Source of the DNA: an uncultured delta proteobacterium
GTDB lineage: Bacteria > Myxococcota_A > Polyangia > Polyangiales > B10-G4
Assembly: GCA_963727445.1 (NCBI GenBank)
Contig: CAVSGI010000006.1
Coordinates: 320,001 to 384,000, forward strand
DNA length: 64,000 bases
Direction: 5' to 3'
This document shows, one piece after another, positions 10,551-19,394 of the stretch (within the stretch, counting starts at the first letter, position 1; the number at the start of each line of letters is the position of its first letter). The translations under genes were made by a program, and so were the position numbers. Below the pieces are notes generated by a model. It saw only the letters and a list, made by a program, of their open reading frames with translations. It was not told where the DNA came from and searched no databases.

Positions 10551-11930
10551 GTGCACCACCCCCTCCGCCTCCTCGCCCCCCTCCTTTTTCTCTTCGCCGC
10601 TTGCGCGCCTCCCGGCGGCAGCCTCTCGGGCTCTTCGGGCAGGGGAGGGGGAGACGAGGACGGCAGCGTGGCGGAGAGCGACGGCGGGACCGGCTATCGC
10701 GTCGACTCGGGCACGCCCGCGCCGCCGACCCCGCCCGCCGAGCCCGACGCCGATGGTGATGGTCTGCCCGACGCGGACGAGGCTACGCGCGGTACCAACC
10801 CGAACGAAGCGGACACCGACGGCGACGGCATCGGCGATGGGGTGGAGGCGCTGGCCGGGACCGATCCGCTCGATCCGAGCAGCACCATCCCCGACACCGA
10901 CTTCTACGTGGTGCTGCCCTACATGGATCCCGCCCAGATGGGAGAGCTCGAGTTCACCGCGCGCCTCGGGCGCGCCGATGTCTTCTTCCTGATCGACACC
11001 ACCGGCTCGATGGGCGGCTCCATCAACAACGTGCGCTCCACGCTCTCGTCGGCGATCGTTCCCGCGATCGACGCGTCGATCGCCGACGCGCGGATGGGCG
11101 TGGCCGAGTATCAGGACTTCCCGACCTCGCCCTACGGAAACAGCGGCAACTCCCCGTTCCAACTGCGCCAGGCGGTCACCGACTCGGTCGACGCGGTGCA
11201 ATCGGCGCTCGCCCCGCTGCGCGCCTACGGCGGCGGGGATGGGCCGGAGTCGATGGTCGAGGCGCTCTACCACACGGCCGCCGACGGCTGCGGCAGCGGG
11301 GGCCGCGGCGCCGCGTGCTTCCGCACCGATGCGACCCCGATCGTGGTGGTGGTCACCGACGCACCCACTCACAACGGCCCTGGCGGCGCGAACGGCTACG
11401 GCATCAGCGCGCGCTCCTACTCGGAGAGCGTCGCGGCCCTCAACGCCATCGGCGCCAAGGTGCTCGGCGTCGCGGTCAACTACCGCGACCATCTGGTCTC
11501 GGTAGCCAACGACACCAGCTCGCGACGCGCGGACGGATCCCCTGCCGTCTATGCCGCGCCGGGCGGCACCGTCGACAGCGCCGTCGTCGACGGGATCGTG
11601 GACCTGGTGGGGGGCGTGCCTCAGGACGTGAGCCGCCGCCTGATCGACGACCCCTCCGACGACGTCGACGCGACGCAGTTCATCAAGGCTGTCCGGCCCG
11701 TGCGCGCCACGCGCATGGTGACCATGGACGAGACGACTTTCTTCGGTGTGCCGGGCGGTACGACGGTCACCTTCGAAGCCTCCTTCCAGAACGACTTCCT
11801 CGAGCACGGCGACACCGTCCGGATCTTCCGCGCGGAGATCGAGGTGCACGACCTGCCCGGCATGACCGCCCTCGATACGCGTAACGTCTACATCGTCGTG
11901 CCGCGTCGAGACGGGTCGATCCTCATCTGA
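10551..11930 (+). CDS. vWA-domain lipoprotein with Ca-binding DxDGDG (thrombospondin type-3-like) repeats
   Basis: LFAAC lipobox; DADGDGLPD, DTDGDGIGD; MIDAS DVFFLIDTTGSM; GGGDGPES; VVVVTDAP. Confidence 0.8.
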   Translation: MHHPLRLLAPLLFLFAACAPPGGSLSGSSGRGGGDEDGSVAESDGGTGYRVDSGTPAPPTPPAEPDADGDGLPDADEATRGTNPNEADTDGDGIGDGVEALAGTDPLDPSSTIPDTDFYVVLPYMDPAQMGELEFTARLGRADVFFLIDTTGSMGGSINNVRSTLSSAIVPAIDASIADARMGVAEYQDFPTSPYGNSGNSPFQLRQAVTDSVDAVQSALAPLRAYGGGDGPESMVEALYHTAADGCGSGGRGAACFRTDATPIVVVVTDAPTHNGPGGANGYGISARSYSESVAALNAIGAKVLGVAVNYRDHLVSVANDTSSRRADGSPAVYAAPGGTVDSAVVDGIVDLVGGVPQDVSRRLIDDPSDDVDATQFIKAVRPVRATRMVTMDETTFFGVPGGTTVTFEASFQNDFLEHGDTVRIFRAEIEVHDLPGMTALDTRNVYIVVPRRDGSILI

Positions 11931-11943
11931 TATCGTCCCCGCC

Positions 11944-12567
11944 GTGAACGACGGCGATACGAGGGCGACGCCCGGATCGGAAGAGGTCCTCGCGTTCTGG
12001 TTCGGGGCGCTCGACGAAGACGGTCTCGCCAGCACGACCAAGTCACAGCGCTGGTGGCGGAAGGACGAAGCCTTCGACGCGGAGATCGCAGAGCGTTTCG
12101 GTCCGCTGATCGACGCCGTCTGCGGCGATGAGAGGGAAGCCTGGCTGGAGACGCCCGGCGAGGCGCTCGCATACGTGATCGTCCTCGATCAGTTCGGCCG
12201 CAACGTTCACCGGGGAACGCCGCGCATGTACGCCGAGGACGACCGAGCGCTCCGTGCGGCGCAGCGGGCGGTGGAGAAGGGTTTCGACCGCCTCCTGCCG
12301 CTGTCTCATCGCGCGTTTCTCTACATGCCCCTGATGCATTGCGAGTCGAAGGAAGCTCAGGCGCAGTGTGTCGCGCTCTTCGAGACGATGCAGTCGGAGC
12401 TGTCGGGGGAGCGCGCCGAGCGGATGAAGGGGTTCGTGGAGGCGGCGCGTGCGCATCGTCGCATCGTCAATCGTTTCGGTCGCTTCCCCCACCGGAACGT
12501 CATCCTCGGCAGGACGAGCACCGCCGAGGAGTCCGCGTTCCTACAGGAGCCGGGATCGTCGTTCTGA
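11944..12567 (+). CDS. DUF924 family protein
   Basis: VLAFWF, IVLDQFGRN, FLYMPLMHCES, FGRFPHRNVILGRTST. Confidence 0.9.
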   Translation: MNDGDTRATPGSEEVLAFWFGALDEDGLASTTKSQRWWRKDEAFDAEIAERFGPLIDAVCGDEREAWLETPGEALAYVIVLDQFGRNVHRGTPRMYAEDDRALRAAQRAVEKGFDRLLPLSHRAFLYMPLMHCESKEAQAQCVALFETMQSELSGERAERMKGFVEAARAHRRIVNRFGRFPHRNVILGRTSTAEESAFLQEPGSSF

Positions 12568-12588
12568 GCTGGGTGGTAGAGTGCGCGA

Positions 12589-13788
12589 GTGGACCCCAAG
12601 AAGCTCCGCTCCCACGGTGACGTCGACCTCGCCGACAAGCTCTTGGCCGAGCGCTTGGTCATCGATCTCAACGAGCGTCTCGAGAAGGAGCAGGAGAAGA
12701 CGCCGCTGGGGATCAGGCGGCATCTGCTCGCGACGTCCATTCGAATCACCGAGCGGATGTTGCCCGACATCTTCGGGCTGGTCGCCGAGTGCCGTGAGCG
12801 ACTCGACATCGAGATCTCGCTCGAGGTCTACGTCTACGCGTCCACCTCCTTCAATGCGATGTGCATCAAGCCGGAGCAGGGGCGTCTCTTCATCCTGCTG
12901 AGCTCCAGCCTGCTCGAGGCCTTCGCGCCGGGGGAGCAGCGTTTCGTGATCGGCCACGAGCTCGGTCACCACCTCTTCGGTCATCTCGACATCCCCATCG
13001 GCTTTCTTCTGGGTGGCGACGAGCCTCCTCCGCCGGATATCGCACTTCGCCTCTTCGCCTGGTCGCGCTACGCCGAGATCAGCGCCGACCGGGCCGGGGC
13101 CTACTGCGCGAACGATCCCGACGCGGTGGCGCGCGCTCTCTTTCGCCTCGCCTCGGGGCTCACCATCAACCTCGACGACATCCGCATCGACGACTTCGCG
13201 GCCCAGGTCGACGACATGCAGGTGGAGGCGCAGGAGCCGGGGGCGAAGGCGCCGCAGGCGGATTGGTTCTCCACTCATCCCTTCAGTCCCCTGCGCCTCA
13301 AGGCCGTCCGGCACTTCTTCGATTCGGAGCTCTTCGTGCGCGACGAAATTCCGGTCAGCACCCTCGAGGCCCGGGTGCAGACCTTGATGGCGCTGATGGA
13401 GCCGAGCTATCTCGACGAGAAGAGCGACGCCGCCGAGACCGCGCGACGGCTCCTCTTCGCCGGAGCCATCGCGGTGGCCAACGTCTCCGGCGGGATCGAC
13501 GAGGCGGAGATCGCGGCCTTCGAGAAGTTCTTCGGCGAGCACTCCTTCACCGACAAGCTCGACATCGAGGCGATCGTGGCCTCTCTCGACCACCGCGTGA
13601 GCGCCGCGCTCGAACAGGTCTCCCATTCGCGCCGCATCCAGGTCTTGCGCGATCTCTGCGTGATCGCGCGCGCAGACGGACACGTGGATGATTCCGAGCG
13701 AATCCTCCTCGAGGATCTGGCGGGCCGCCTCGAAGTCCCGGCCGAGCTCGTCCACGCGACCCTTTGTGGGAACTGCGATCTGGACTGA
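12589..13788 (+). CDS. M48-family Zn metallopeptidase fused to a C-terminal TerB-like domain
   Basis: FVIGHELGH, EISADRAG, STHP; C-terminal IAVANVSGGIDEAE and IARADGHVDDSERILL. Confidence 0.8.
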   Translation: MDPKKLRSHGDVDLADKLLAERLVIDLNERLEKEQEKTPLGIRRHLLATSIRITERMLPDIFGLVAECRERLDIEISLEVYVYASTSFNAMCIKPEQGRLFILLSSSLLEAFAPGEQRFVIGHELGHHLFGHLDIPIGFLLGGDEPPPPDIALRLFAWSRYAEISADRAGAYCANDPDAVARALFRLASGLTINLDDIRIDDFAAQVDDMQVEAQEPGAKAPQADWFSTHPFSPLRLKAVRHFFDSELFVRDEIPVSTLEARVQTLMALMEPSYLDEKSDAAETARRLLFAGAIAVANVSGGIDEAEIAAFEKFFGEHSFTDKLDIEAIVASLDHRVSAALEQVSHSRRIQVLRDLCVIARADGHVDDSERILLEDLAGRLEVPAELVHATLCGNCDLD

Positions 13789-13837
13789 GCCGGACGCTTT
13801 CGAGCGCGCGCTGGCGTCATCATCTACGATGGGAGGG

Positions 13838-15169
13838 GTGGGAGCTCGACTCGCGGCCCTTCATCTGGTCGTCCTGAGCGTGGCCTGCGGCCGCATCGAC
13901 TATGGGCCGATCGAAGGGGGCCTAGGGACCGACGCCGCCACCATGGACGCCTCGGATGCGTCCGACGTGATGGACGCCGTGACAGCTGACGTCGGGACGG
14001 ACGCGATGGCCAGCGATGGCGGTGAGACCGACTCGGCGGTGGGGGATGCTTCGTCCTGTTCGGGGTGCTCTCTCGGTGCGGAGTGCCTACCAGGGACCGA
14101 CCCCTCCGCCTGTGGATCCGGCGGTGGCCCCTGCATGGTGTGCGCGCCGACCGCGATATGTGGCGAAGGGAGCTGCACGACTCCGGATCGGCATGATCTG
14201 CTGGGTCTGGGCTTCGGGTGGAGCTGCGCTGCCAGAGGGGGATCGGGGTACTGCTGGGGCGGTAACTTCTCGGGCGAGCTGGGCGACGGCACGACCACCA
14301 ATCGGCCGATGCCCGGCTTGGTGTCGGGGTTGACCGGCGTCGCGGGGGTCGCGGCCAGCGACACCGCCACCTGCGCCCTCACCACCGACGGGGCCGTCTC
14401 GTGCTGGGGCTCGCGGACCTACGGGAGTTTCCCCGTTTCCATCGCCGCCCTCACCGACGCCGTGTCCCTTTCCGGCGGCGAAACGCACTTCTGCGCACTT
14501 CGCACCGGCGGCGTCGTCTCGTGCTGGGGCGACAACTTCGACGGGCGCCTCGGTGATGGGACGACGACCAGCTCGCCCTCACCGGTGAACGTCGCTGGCT
14601 TGCCCGGCGCCGCCGACCAGGTCACCGCCGGCTTCAGCCACTCCTGTGCGCGTGTCGGCGGTCAGGTCTACTGCTGGGGCTCGAACACCTTTGGGCAGCT
14701 CGGCGACTCGACCATGGCGCCTTCCCTCACGCCGGTCACGGTCACGGGACTGGGGGATGCCGTCGACATCGCCGCGGGCTATCGTCACACCTGCGCCGCC
14801 CGCGCGTCGGGTCCCGTGGTCTGCTGGGGGGCCAACTTCGCGCCCTCGCCGGTCACCGTCCCCATGTCCGACGGTGTCACCCGGCTCCGGGCGGGTTACG
14901 ACTACACGTGCGGCATCCGCTCCGGGAGCGTGCTCTGTTGGGGCATCAACGGTCTCGGCCAGCTCGGCGACGGGACCACCACCGCCCGGAGCGAAGCGAC
15001 GACGGTCGCGGCCATCGGGGGGGTGCTCGAGGTGGAGACGGGCAACCAGCACACATGCGCGCGGACGAGCGCGCTGGAGGTGTGGTGCTGGGGGGACAAT
15101 TCCGGCGGGGAGCTCGGGGACGGCTCGACTGTGGAGAGCCACGTACCGGTCCTCGTGGCGTTCCCCTGA
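13838..15169 (+). CDS. RCC1-repeat (beta-propeller) lipoprotein
   Basis: LSVAC lipobox, DA-rich linker, repeated CWGxNxxGxLGDGT and HTCA motifs; alternative ATG at 13829. Confidence 0.88.
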   Translation: MGARLAALHLVVLSVACGRIDYGPIEGGLGTDAATMDASDASDVMDAVTADVGTDAMASDGGETDSAVGDASSCSGCSLGAECLPGTDPSACGSGGGPCMVCAPTAICGEGSCTTPDRHDLLGLGFGWSCAARGGSGYCWGGNFSGELGDGTTTNRPMPGLVSGLTGVAGVAASDTATCALTTDGAVSCWGSRTYGSFPVSIAALTDAVSLSGGETHFCALRTGGVVSCWGDNFDGRLGDGTTTSSPSPVNVAGLPGAADQVTAGFSHSCARVGGQVYCWGSNTFGQLGDSTMAPSLTPVTVTGLGDAVDIAAGYRHTCAARASGPVVCWGANFAPSPVTVPMSDGVTRLRAGYDYTCGIRSGSVLCWGINGLGQLGDGTTTARSEATTVAAIGGVLEVETGNQHTCARTSALEVWCWGDNSGGELGDGSTVESHVPVLVAFP

Positions 15170-15281
15170 GGCGTGTGAAAAACTCGTGCAGTTCCGGAGA
15201 GATGGTGCCTTTGAATGATGTCGCCGCCCGCGGCAACATTACCTGGCAAGATGCTGGGGTCGATGGCATATTCGGGGTGAT

Positions 15282-15488
15282 TTGGAACACGACGACGAAG
15301 ACCGCCGTGCGCTGGCTAGGCGCAAGTTCCTGAAAGCAGCGGTGTATTTGCCGCCGCTGGTGGTGAGCGCCGTGAGCGCGAGCAAGGCGCATGCGCAGGC
15401 GAGCTGCACGCCGGCGACGTGTGGTCCGGTGACTTGTCCACCGGTGACGACCTGCATGCCGGACACCACCTGCATGCCGGCTGGCTGA
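15282..15488 (+). CDS. Putative RiPP precursor peptide (twin-Arg-like leader, Cys/Thr/Pro-repeat core)
   Basis: 68 aa: ARRKFLK..YLPPLV..AHA then QASCTPATCGPVTCPPVTTCMPDTTCMPAG; stop lies 3 nt before the radical SAM gene. Confidence 0.75.
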   Translation: MEHDDEDRRALARRKFLKAAVYLPPLVVSAVSASKAHAQASCTPATCGPVTCPPVTTCMPDTTCMPAG

Positions 15489-15491
15489 GCC

Positions 15492-16598
15492 TTGAGCCAC
15501 GGGTTGATCTACGTCCCGCCCCGCTGGTTCGGGCGGAGACGAGGCGACCGCCTCGAGCTCTCGGAAGCGGTGCTGGGTCACGAGGTCGTCCTCGAAGGAC
15601 GCGCCGCAAAGAGCGTGGTCGATCGCGGTGAGCTCGACGAGGCCACCCGCTTCTTCGCCCGTCACGACCCGGCCCTCGCCGGCTTCGAGACCGACCTCGA
15701 GAGCTCGCCGCCGGTTCCCCTCACCCGCAAGACGCTGCTCAAGGGGACGGAGTGGGGCCGGCTCTTCGTCGAGCTCACCGGCCGCTGCAACGAGCGCTGC
15801 GTCCACTGCTATGCGAGCGCGGGGCCCGAGGTGGGCGAGGCCCTCGACTGGCCCACCATCGCTCGGGTGATCGACCAGGCGCACGGGATCGGCTTCGCCT
15901 CGATCCAGCTCACCGGCGGCGATCCCCTGGTCTCCGAGCACTGCCTCGCGGCGGCGGCGAGGGTGCGGGAGCGTGGCTTCCGCGAGCTCGAGATCTACAC
16001 CAATGGGCTCGCCCTTCGAGGCGCGCTCTACGAGGGCTTGCGCGATCTGGACGCGCACTTCGCCTTCTCGGTCTACTCCTCGGACCCCGCGGTGCACGAC
16101 GCCATCACCCAGGTGCCGGGCAGCCTGAAGCGCACCTCCGAGGCGATCCGACGCGCCGCGGCGGACGGGCTGACCTTGCGGGTGGGGATCATCGAGATGG
16201 CGGGAAACACCGCGGGCCTCGAGGCCACGCGGCGTTACGTCGAAGGGCTCGGGGTGCCGGAGGATCGCATCTCGTCGGACAGCTCGAGGGAAGTGGGCCG
16301 AGGCGACAGCTTCGCCGGCGAGTCCCAGGGCGCGCACGGGGGGCGGGGCGGTGTCGCTGCGGGCGTCCCGCGTTTCGTCGGACGCGCCGCCGTCGCTTAC
16401 GACGGCAGGGTCCACCCCTGCATCTTCAGCCGCGCAACCGTCCTCGGTGACGTGCGCGCGCAGTCGCTGAGCGAGATCCTCGAGGACGACACGCCGCTGT
16501 CGCCGCCGTCGAGGCGATTGGAAGTCTTTGGAGAGAGCGCGTCGATGGCCTGCTGGGAGTGTCGCCTCAGAAACCAGCTCCTCGGAGGTGCGACGTGA
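15492..16598 (+). CDS. Radical SAM protein with reduced SPASM/twitch-like C-terminus
   Basis: ELTGRCNERCVHCY (CxxxCxxC), LTGGDP, YTNG, HDAIT; C-terminal YDGRVHPC and CWEC. Confidence 0.92.
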   Translation: MSHGLIYVPPRWFGRRRGDRLELSEAVLGHEVVLEGRAAKSVVDRGELDEATRFFARHDPALAGFETDLESSPPVPLTRKTLLKGTEWGRLFVELTGRCNERCVHCYASAGPEVGEALDWPTIARVIDQAHGIGFASIQLTGGDPLVSEHCLAAAARVRERGFRELEIYTNGLALRGALYEGLRDLDAHFAFSVYSSDPAVHDAITQVPGSLKRTSEAIRRAAADGLTLRVGIIEMAGNTAGLEATRRYVEGLGVPEDRISSDSSREVGRGDSFAGESQGAHGGRGGVAAGVPRFVGRAAVAYDGRVHPCIFSRATVLGDVRAQSLSEILEDDTPLSPPSRRLEVFGESASMACWECRLRNQLLGGAT

Positions 16599-16873
16599 GC
16601 GCGAACCCGGTCCCGGTTCCCAAAGAGCTACCCCGCCACGAGATCGGCCCCGAGGGCGAGACCGTCCTCTTCGACGCGGACGGGAGCCAGCTCCTGGTGC
16701 TGAACGACATCGGCGCCGGCGTCTGGCTGCTCCTCGACGGAGAGCGCGGCCTCGCCGACATCGTCGACGAGATCCTCGAGGTGCACCCCGCGACGCGCGA
16801 CGCCGTGGAGCGTGACGTGCGCGCCTTCCTGGACGACCTGGTCGAGCGCGGTCTCGTCACCTGGCGCGACTGA
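16595..16873 (+). CDS. PqqD family / RiPP recognition element (RRE) protein
   Basis: GETVLFD...LNDIGAGVWLLLDGERGLADIVDEI...DVRAFLDDLVERGLV; GTG overlaps the rSAM stop; GGAGG RBS. Confidence 0.9.
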   Translation: MSANPVPVPKELPRHEIGPEGETVLFDADGSQLLVLNDIGAGVWLLLDGERGLADIVDEILEVHPATRDAVERDVRAFLDDLVERGLVTWRD

Positions 16874-17688
16874 TGATGAACGGGGTGCTGGTCGTCGCCG
16901 ACCTCGAGGTGCGCGTGTCGACGAGCGTCCCGGAGATGCTCCCACGCCTCGAAGCGATCTTCGGTGCGCCCTCCGAGCGGCCGGTGAGTCGCAGCATGTC
17001 GCTGGTGATTGGCCGGGAGCCCGAGGGGACGCTCGAGGTGACCTTCGATGGGGAGGAGACGATCGGCGAGCTCGCCGACGGCGACATCATCCCGACAATC
17101 GAAGGGCTCATCTACCAGGCGGTCACCGAGACGCCCGGGCGCGCCGCGCTCCACGCCGGGTGCGTGACGCGGGGCGGGCACACCTTGCTCTTCGTGGGGC
17201 CGTCGAACTCCGGGAAGAGCTCGCTCTGTCGCGCCGCGCTCGGCCGGGGCTGGCGGTACGCGAGCGATGACCTGACGCTCTTCGACGGCAGGCGTCTGTT
17301 GGGCCTCTCGCGGTCGATCGCCTTCGACGTGATCGACGTGGCGAAGGAGACGCCGGCGTGGGTCCGTGACGCCGACGTCTCGACCTACCAGACCTACGTG
17401 GGCGACAAGAACATCGCCGTGCCGCTCGTCTCGGTCGCTCCTACCCATCGCGTCGACGATTGGATCGACGGACAGGGCGCACACGTCGTGATCCCCGAGC
17501 GCGTTCAGACACGGACCTCCCTCGCGCCCCTGCCGGCGACCGACGCGCTGGCGGCGCTCCTCGCCGGCGCGCACCACCCCGATCCCCCGGACCTGGGCGT
17601 GCTGACACGGCGCGAGGCCTATCGTTTGTCGTGGGTCTCGCCCGACGAGGGGATCCACGCGATCGAGCGTGCTCTCGGCCTCGACTGA
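16873..17688 (+). CDS. HprK-related P-loop kinase
   Basis: ALHAGCV..GGHTLLFVGPSNSGKSS..GWRYASDD, the HPr-kinase-like His, Walker A and DD signature. Confidence 0.85.
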   Translation: MMNGVLVVADLEVRVSTSVPEMLPRLEAIFGAPSERPVSRSMSLVIGREPEGTLEVTFDGEETIGELADGDIIPTIEGLIYQAVTETPGRAALHAGCVTRGGHTLLFVGPSNSGKSSLCRAALGRGWRYASDDLTLFDGRRLLGLSRSIAFDVIDVAKETPAWVRDADVSTYQTYVGDKNIAVPLVSVAPTHRVDDWIDGQGAHVVIPERVQTRTSLAPLPATDALAALLAGAHHPDPPDLGVLTRREAYRLSWVSPDEGIHAIERALGLD

Positions 17689-18530
17689 TGCGTCGGCGTA
17701 TCGAAGACGCACTTTACCACTCGATGGCGCGCGGGACGCGACGTCTGGTCGCGTCTCCCAGAGCTGGCCGTGCGCTCGCGACCAGTGCCGCCGCCATCCT
17801 GGCGCACGCGCTGGATCCGCGTGAACGCAGCCGCATCGGCATCGGCCTCTACGACGTGAGCTACGAGCCGTCTTACGAGCGCGAGGATCTCTACGATTGG
17901 GAACAGCGATGGTTCAGCCGGGTGTTGCCGGCGCCGCCGGGACGGATCCTGGTGGGCGCTGCCGGGGGAGGTCGTGAAGTGGGCGCGCTCCTCGAGCGAG
18001 GCTACGAGGTCGCCGCCTTCGAGCCCGCGGACAAGCCGCGCGCCCACGGTCGCGCGCGTCACCGTGGCCGCGTCACCATCGAAGCCGCCGACTACGACGC
18101 CCTCACCGCCGCCGTGCGAGGCGAAACGGCGTCGCCCCTGGCAGACATCGCACGCGCCCGCTACGACGCCGTGCTCCTCGGATGGGGTAGCTTCACCCAC
18201 GTTGCCGGCGGTGCACGGCGCGCGGCGCTCCTCTCCGCCTGCGACCAGCTCACCGACGGCCCGATCCTGGCGAGCTTCTATTTCCGCGAGGGGGCCGAAG
18301 CCCCTGACTCCCGCTCGGACGCCGCGCGATGGGGACGACGCATCGGGCGCGTGATCGGCCGCGCGCGCCGCGTGGAGGGCATCACCGAGGAGTGGGATTT
18401 CTACCATTGGGGTGGGTTCGCCCATCGCCTCTCGGTCGAGGACGTGGAGTCGGCGGCTCGGGCCGCAGGCCGGAAGGTTCTCTGGAGCCTGACCGACGGC
18501 TTCCCCCACGCGACGTTCACCAAGCTGTGA
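17688..18530 (+). CDS. Class I SAM-dependent methyltransferase-like protein
   Basis: RILVGAAGGGREVGALLERGYEVAAFEP, YDAVLLGWGSFTH; ATG overlaps the kinase stop (TGATG). Confidence 0.75.
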   Translation: MRRRIEDALYHSMARGTRRLVASPRAGRALATSAAAILAHALDPRERSRIGIGLYDVSYEPSYEREDLYDWEQRWFSRVLPAPPGRILVGAAGGGREVGALLERGYEVAAFEPADKPRAHGRARHRGRVTIEAADYDALTAAVRGETASPLADIARARYDAVLLGWGSFTHVAGGARRAALLSACDQLTDGPILASFYFREGAEAPDSRSDAARWGRRIGRVIGRARRVEGITEEWDFYHWGGFAHRLSVEDVESAARAAGRKVLWSLTDGFPHATFTKL

Positions 18531-18590
18531 GCGCGAGTGCCCCGGCCCGTGGTGTGTCCGTGGCCCCACGTGACGTGGCATGATGAATAG

Positions 18591-19382
18591 ATGTCGCCTC
18601 GCTCGTGCACTTTCGGCGCGCTCCTCGTGATGCTCGCGTCGTGCACGGTGGACTCGTCGGCCATCCGTCCCGAGTCGGACGTCGCACCGGGCCATGATGT
18701 CGGCGTCGACACGAGCACACTCGATGCCATGCGCGACACCGCCGCGCGCGACACGACCGTCCCATCCCGACCGGATGGCGGTCCCGCGGACGCGACGACC
18801 CCGATGGATGGCGCGTCACCGGACGCCGCGCCCGACACCGGCACCGCCTCCGACACCAGCACCCCGCCGGATACCATCGCCCCGCCCGATGCCAGCATCC
18901 CGCTCAATTGCGGCGACCGCACCCTCGACCGCGGCGAGTCCTGCGATGATGGGAACAACACCAGCGGTGACGGCTGCAGCGCCGTCTGTGAGACCGAGTC
19001 TTCCTTCGACGACTGCCCCGGCGCACGCCTGGTCATCGGGCTCGGTAGGCAGAGCTATCGCGGGTCCAACGCCGGGGCTGCTTCGACCCAGACCTGCAGC
19101 AGTGGTCGGGGCCGCGGGCCGGACGCGGTCTACACCATCGCGCCCAACTACACGGGGCGACTCAACATCCGGGTGACCTCGCCCTTCGACGCGGTGTTGA
19201 TGACCAAGAGCGCCTGCCCGGGGGCGGTGCAGTTCTTCTGCGAGGACAGCTGGTATGGCGGGAGCACCGAGCAGGTCACGGGCGGCGTGAGCGCCGGGAC
19301 GGAGTACATGGTGATCGTCTCCGGCTACGGCTCGAGCGACACCGGCGACTTCGAGCTCGTCTTTCGGGGCTCGTCGCCCTGA
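18591..19382 (+). CDS. Lipoprotein with a myxobacterial Cys-rich repeat (DUF4215-type) and a pre-peptidase C-terminal-like domain
   Basis: MLASC lipobox; CGDRTLDRGESCDDGNNTSGDGCSAVC; GPDAVY..FDAVL..YMVIVSGY. Confidence 0.75.
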   Translation: MSPRSCTFGALLVMLASCTVDSSAIRPESDVAPGHDVGVDTSTLDAMRDTAARDTTVPSRPDGGPADATTPMDGASPDAAPDTGTASDTSTPPDTIAPPDASIPLNCGDRTLDRGESCDDGNNTSGDGCSAVCETESSFDDCPGARLVIGLGRQSYRGSNAGAASTQTCSSGRGRGPDAVYTIAPNYTGRLNIRVTSPFDAVLMTKSACPGAVQFFCEDSWYGGSTEQVTGGVSAGTEYMVIVSGYGSSDTGDFELVFRGSSP

Positions 19383-19394
19383 GCCAGCGCGTCT

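Noticed and set aside
15282..18530. Lasso peptide or PQQ biosynthesis cluster
   Set aside because: No asparagine-synthetase-like cyclase or transglutaminase-like peptidase; no pqqB/C, and the peptide lacks the PqqA ExxxY motif
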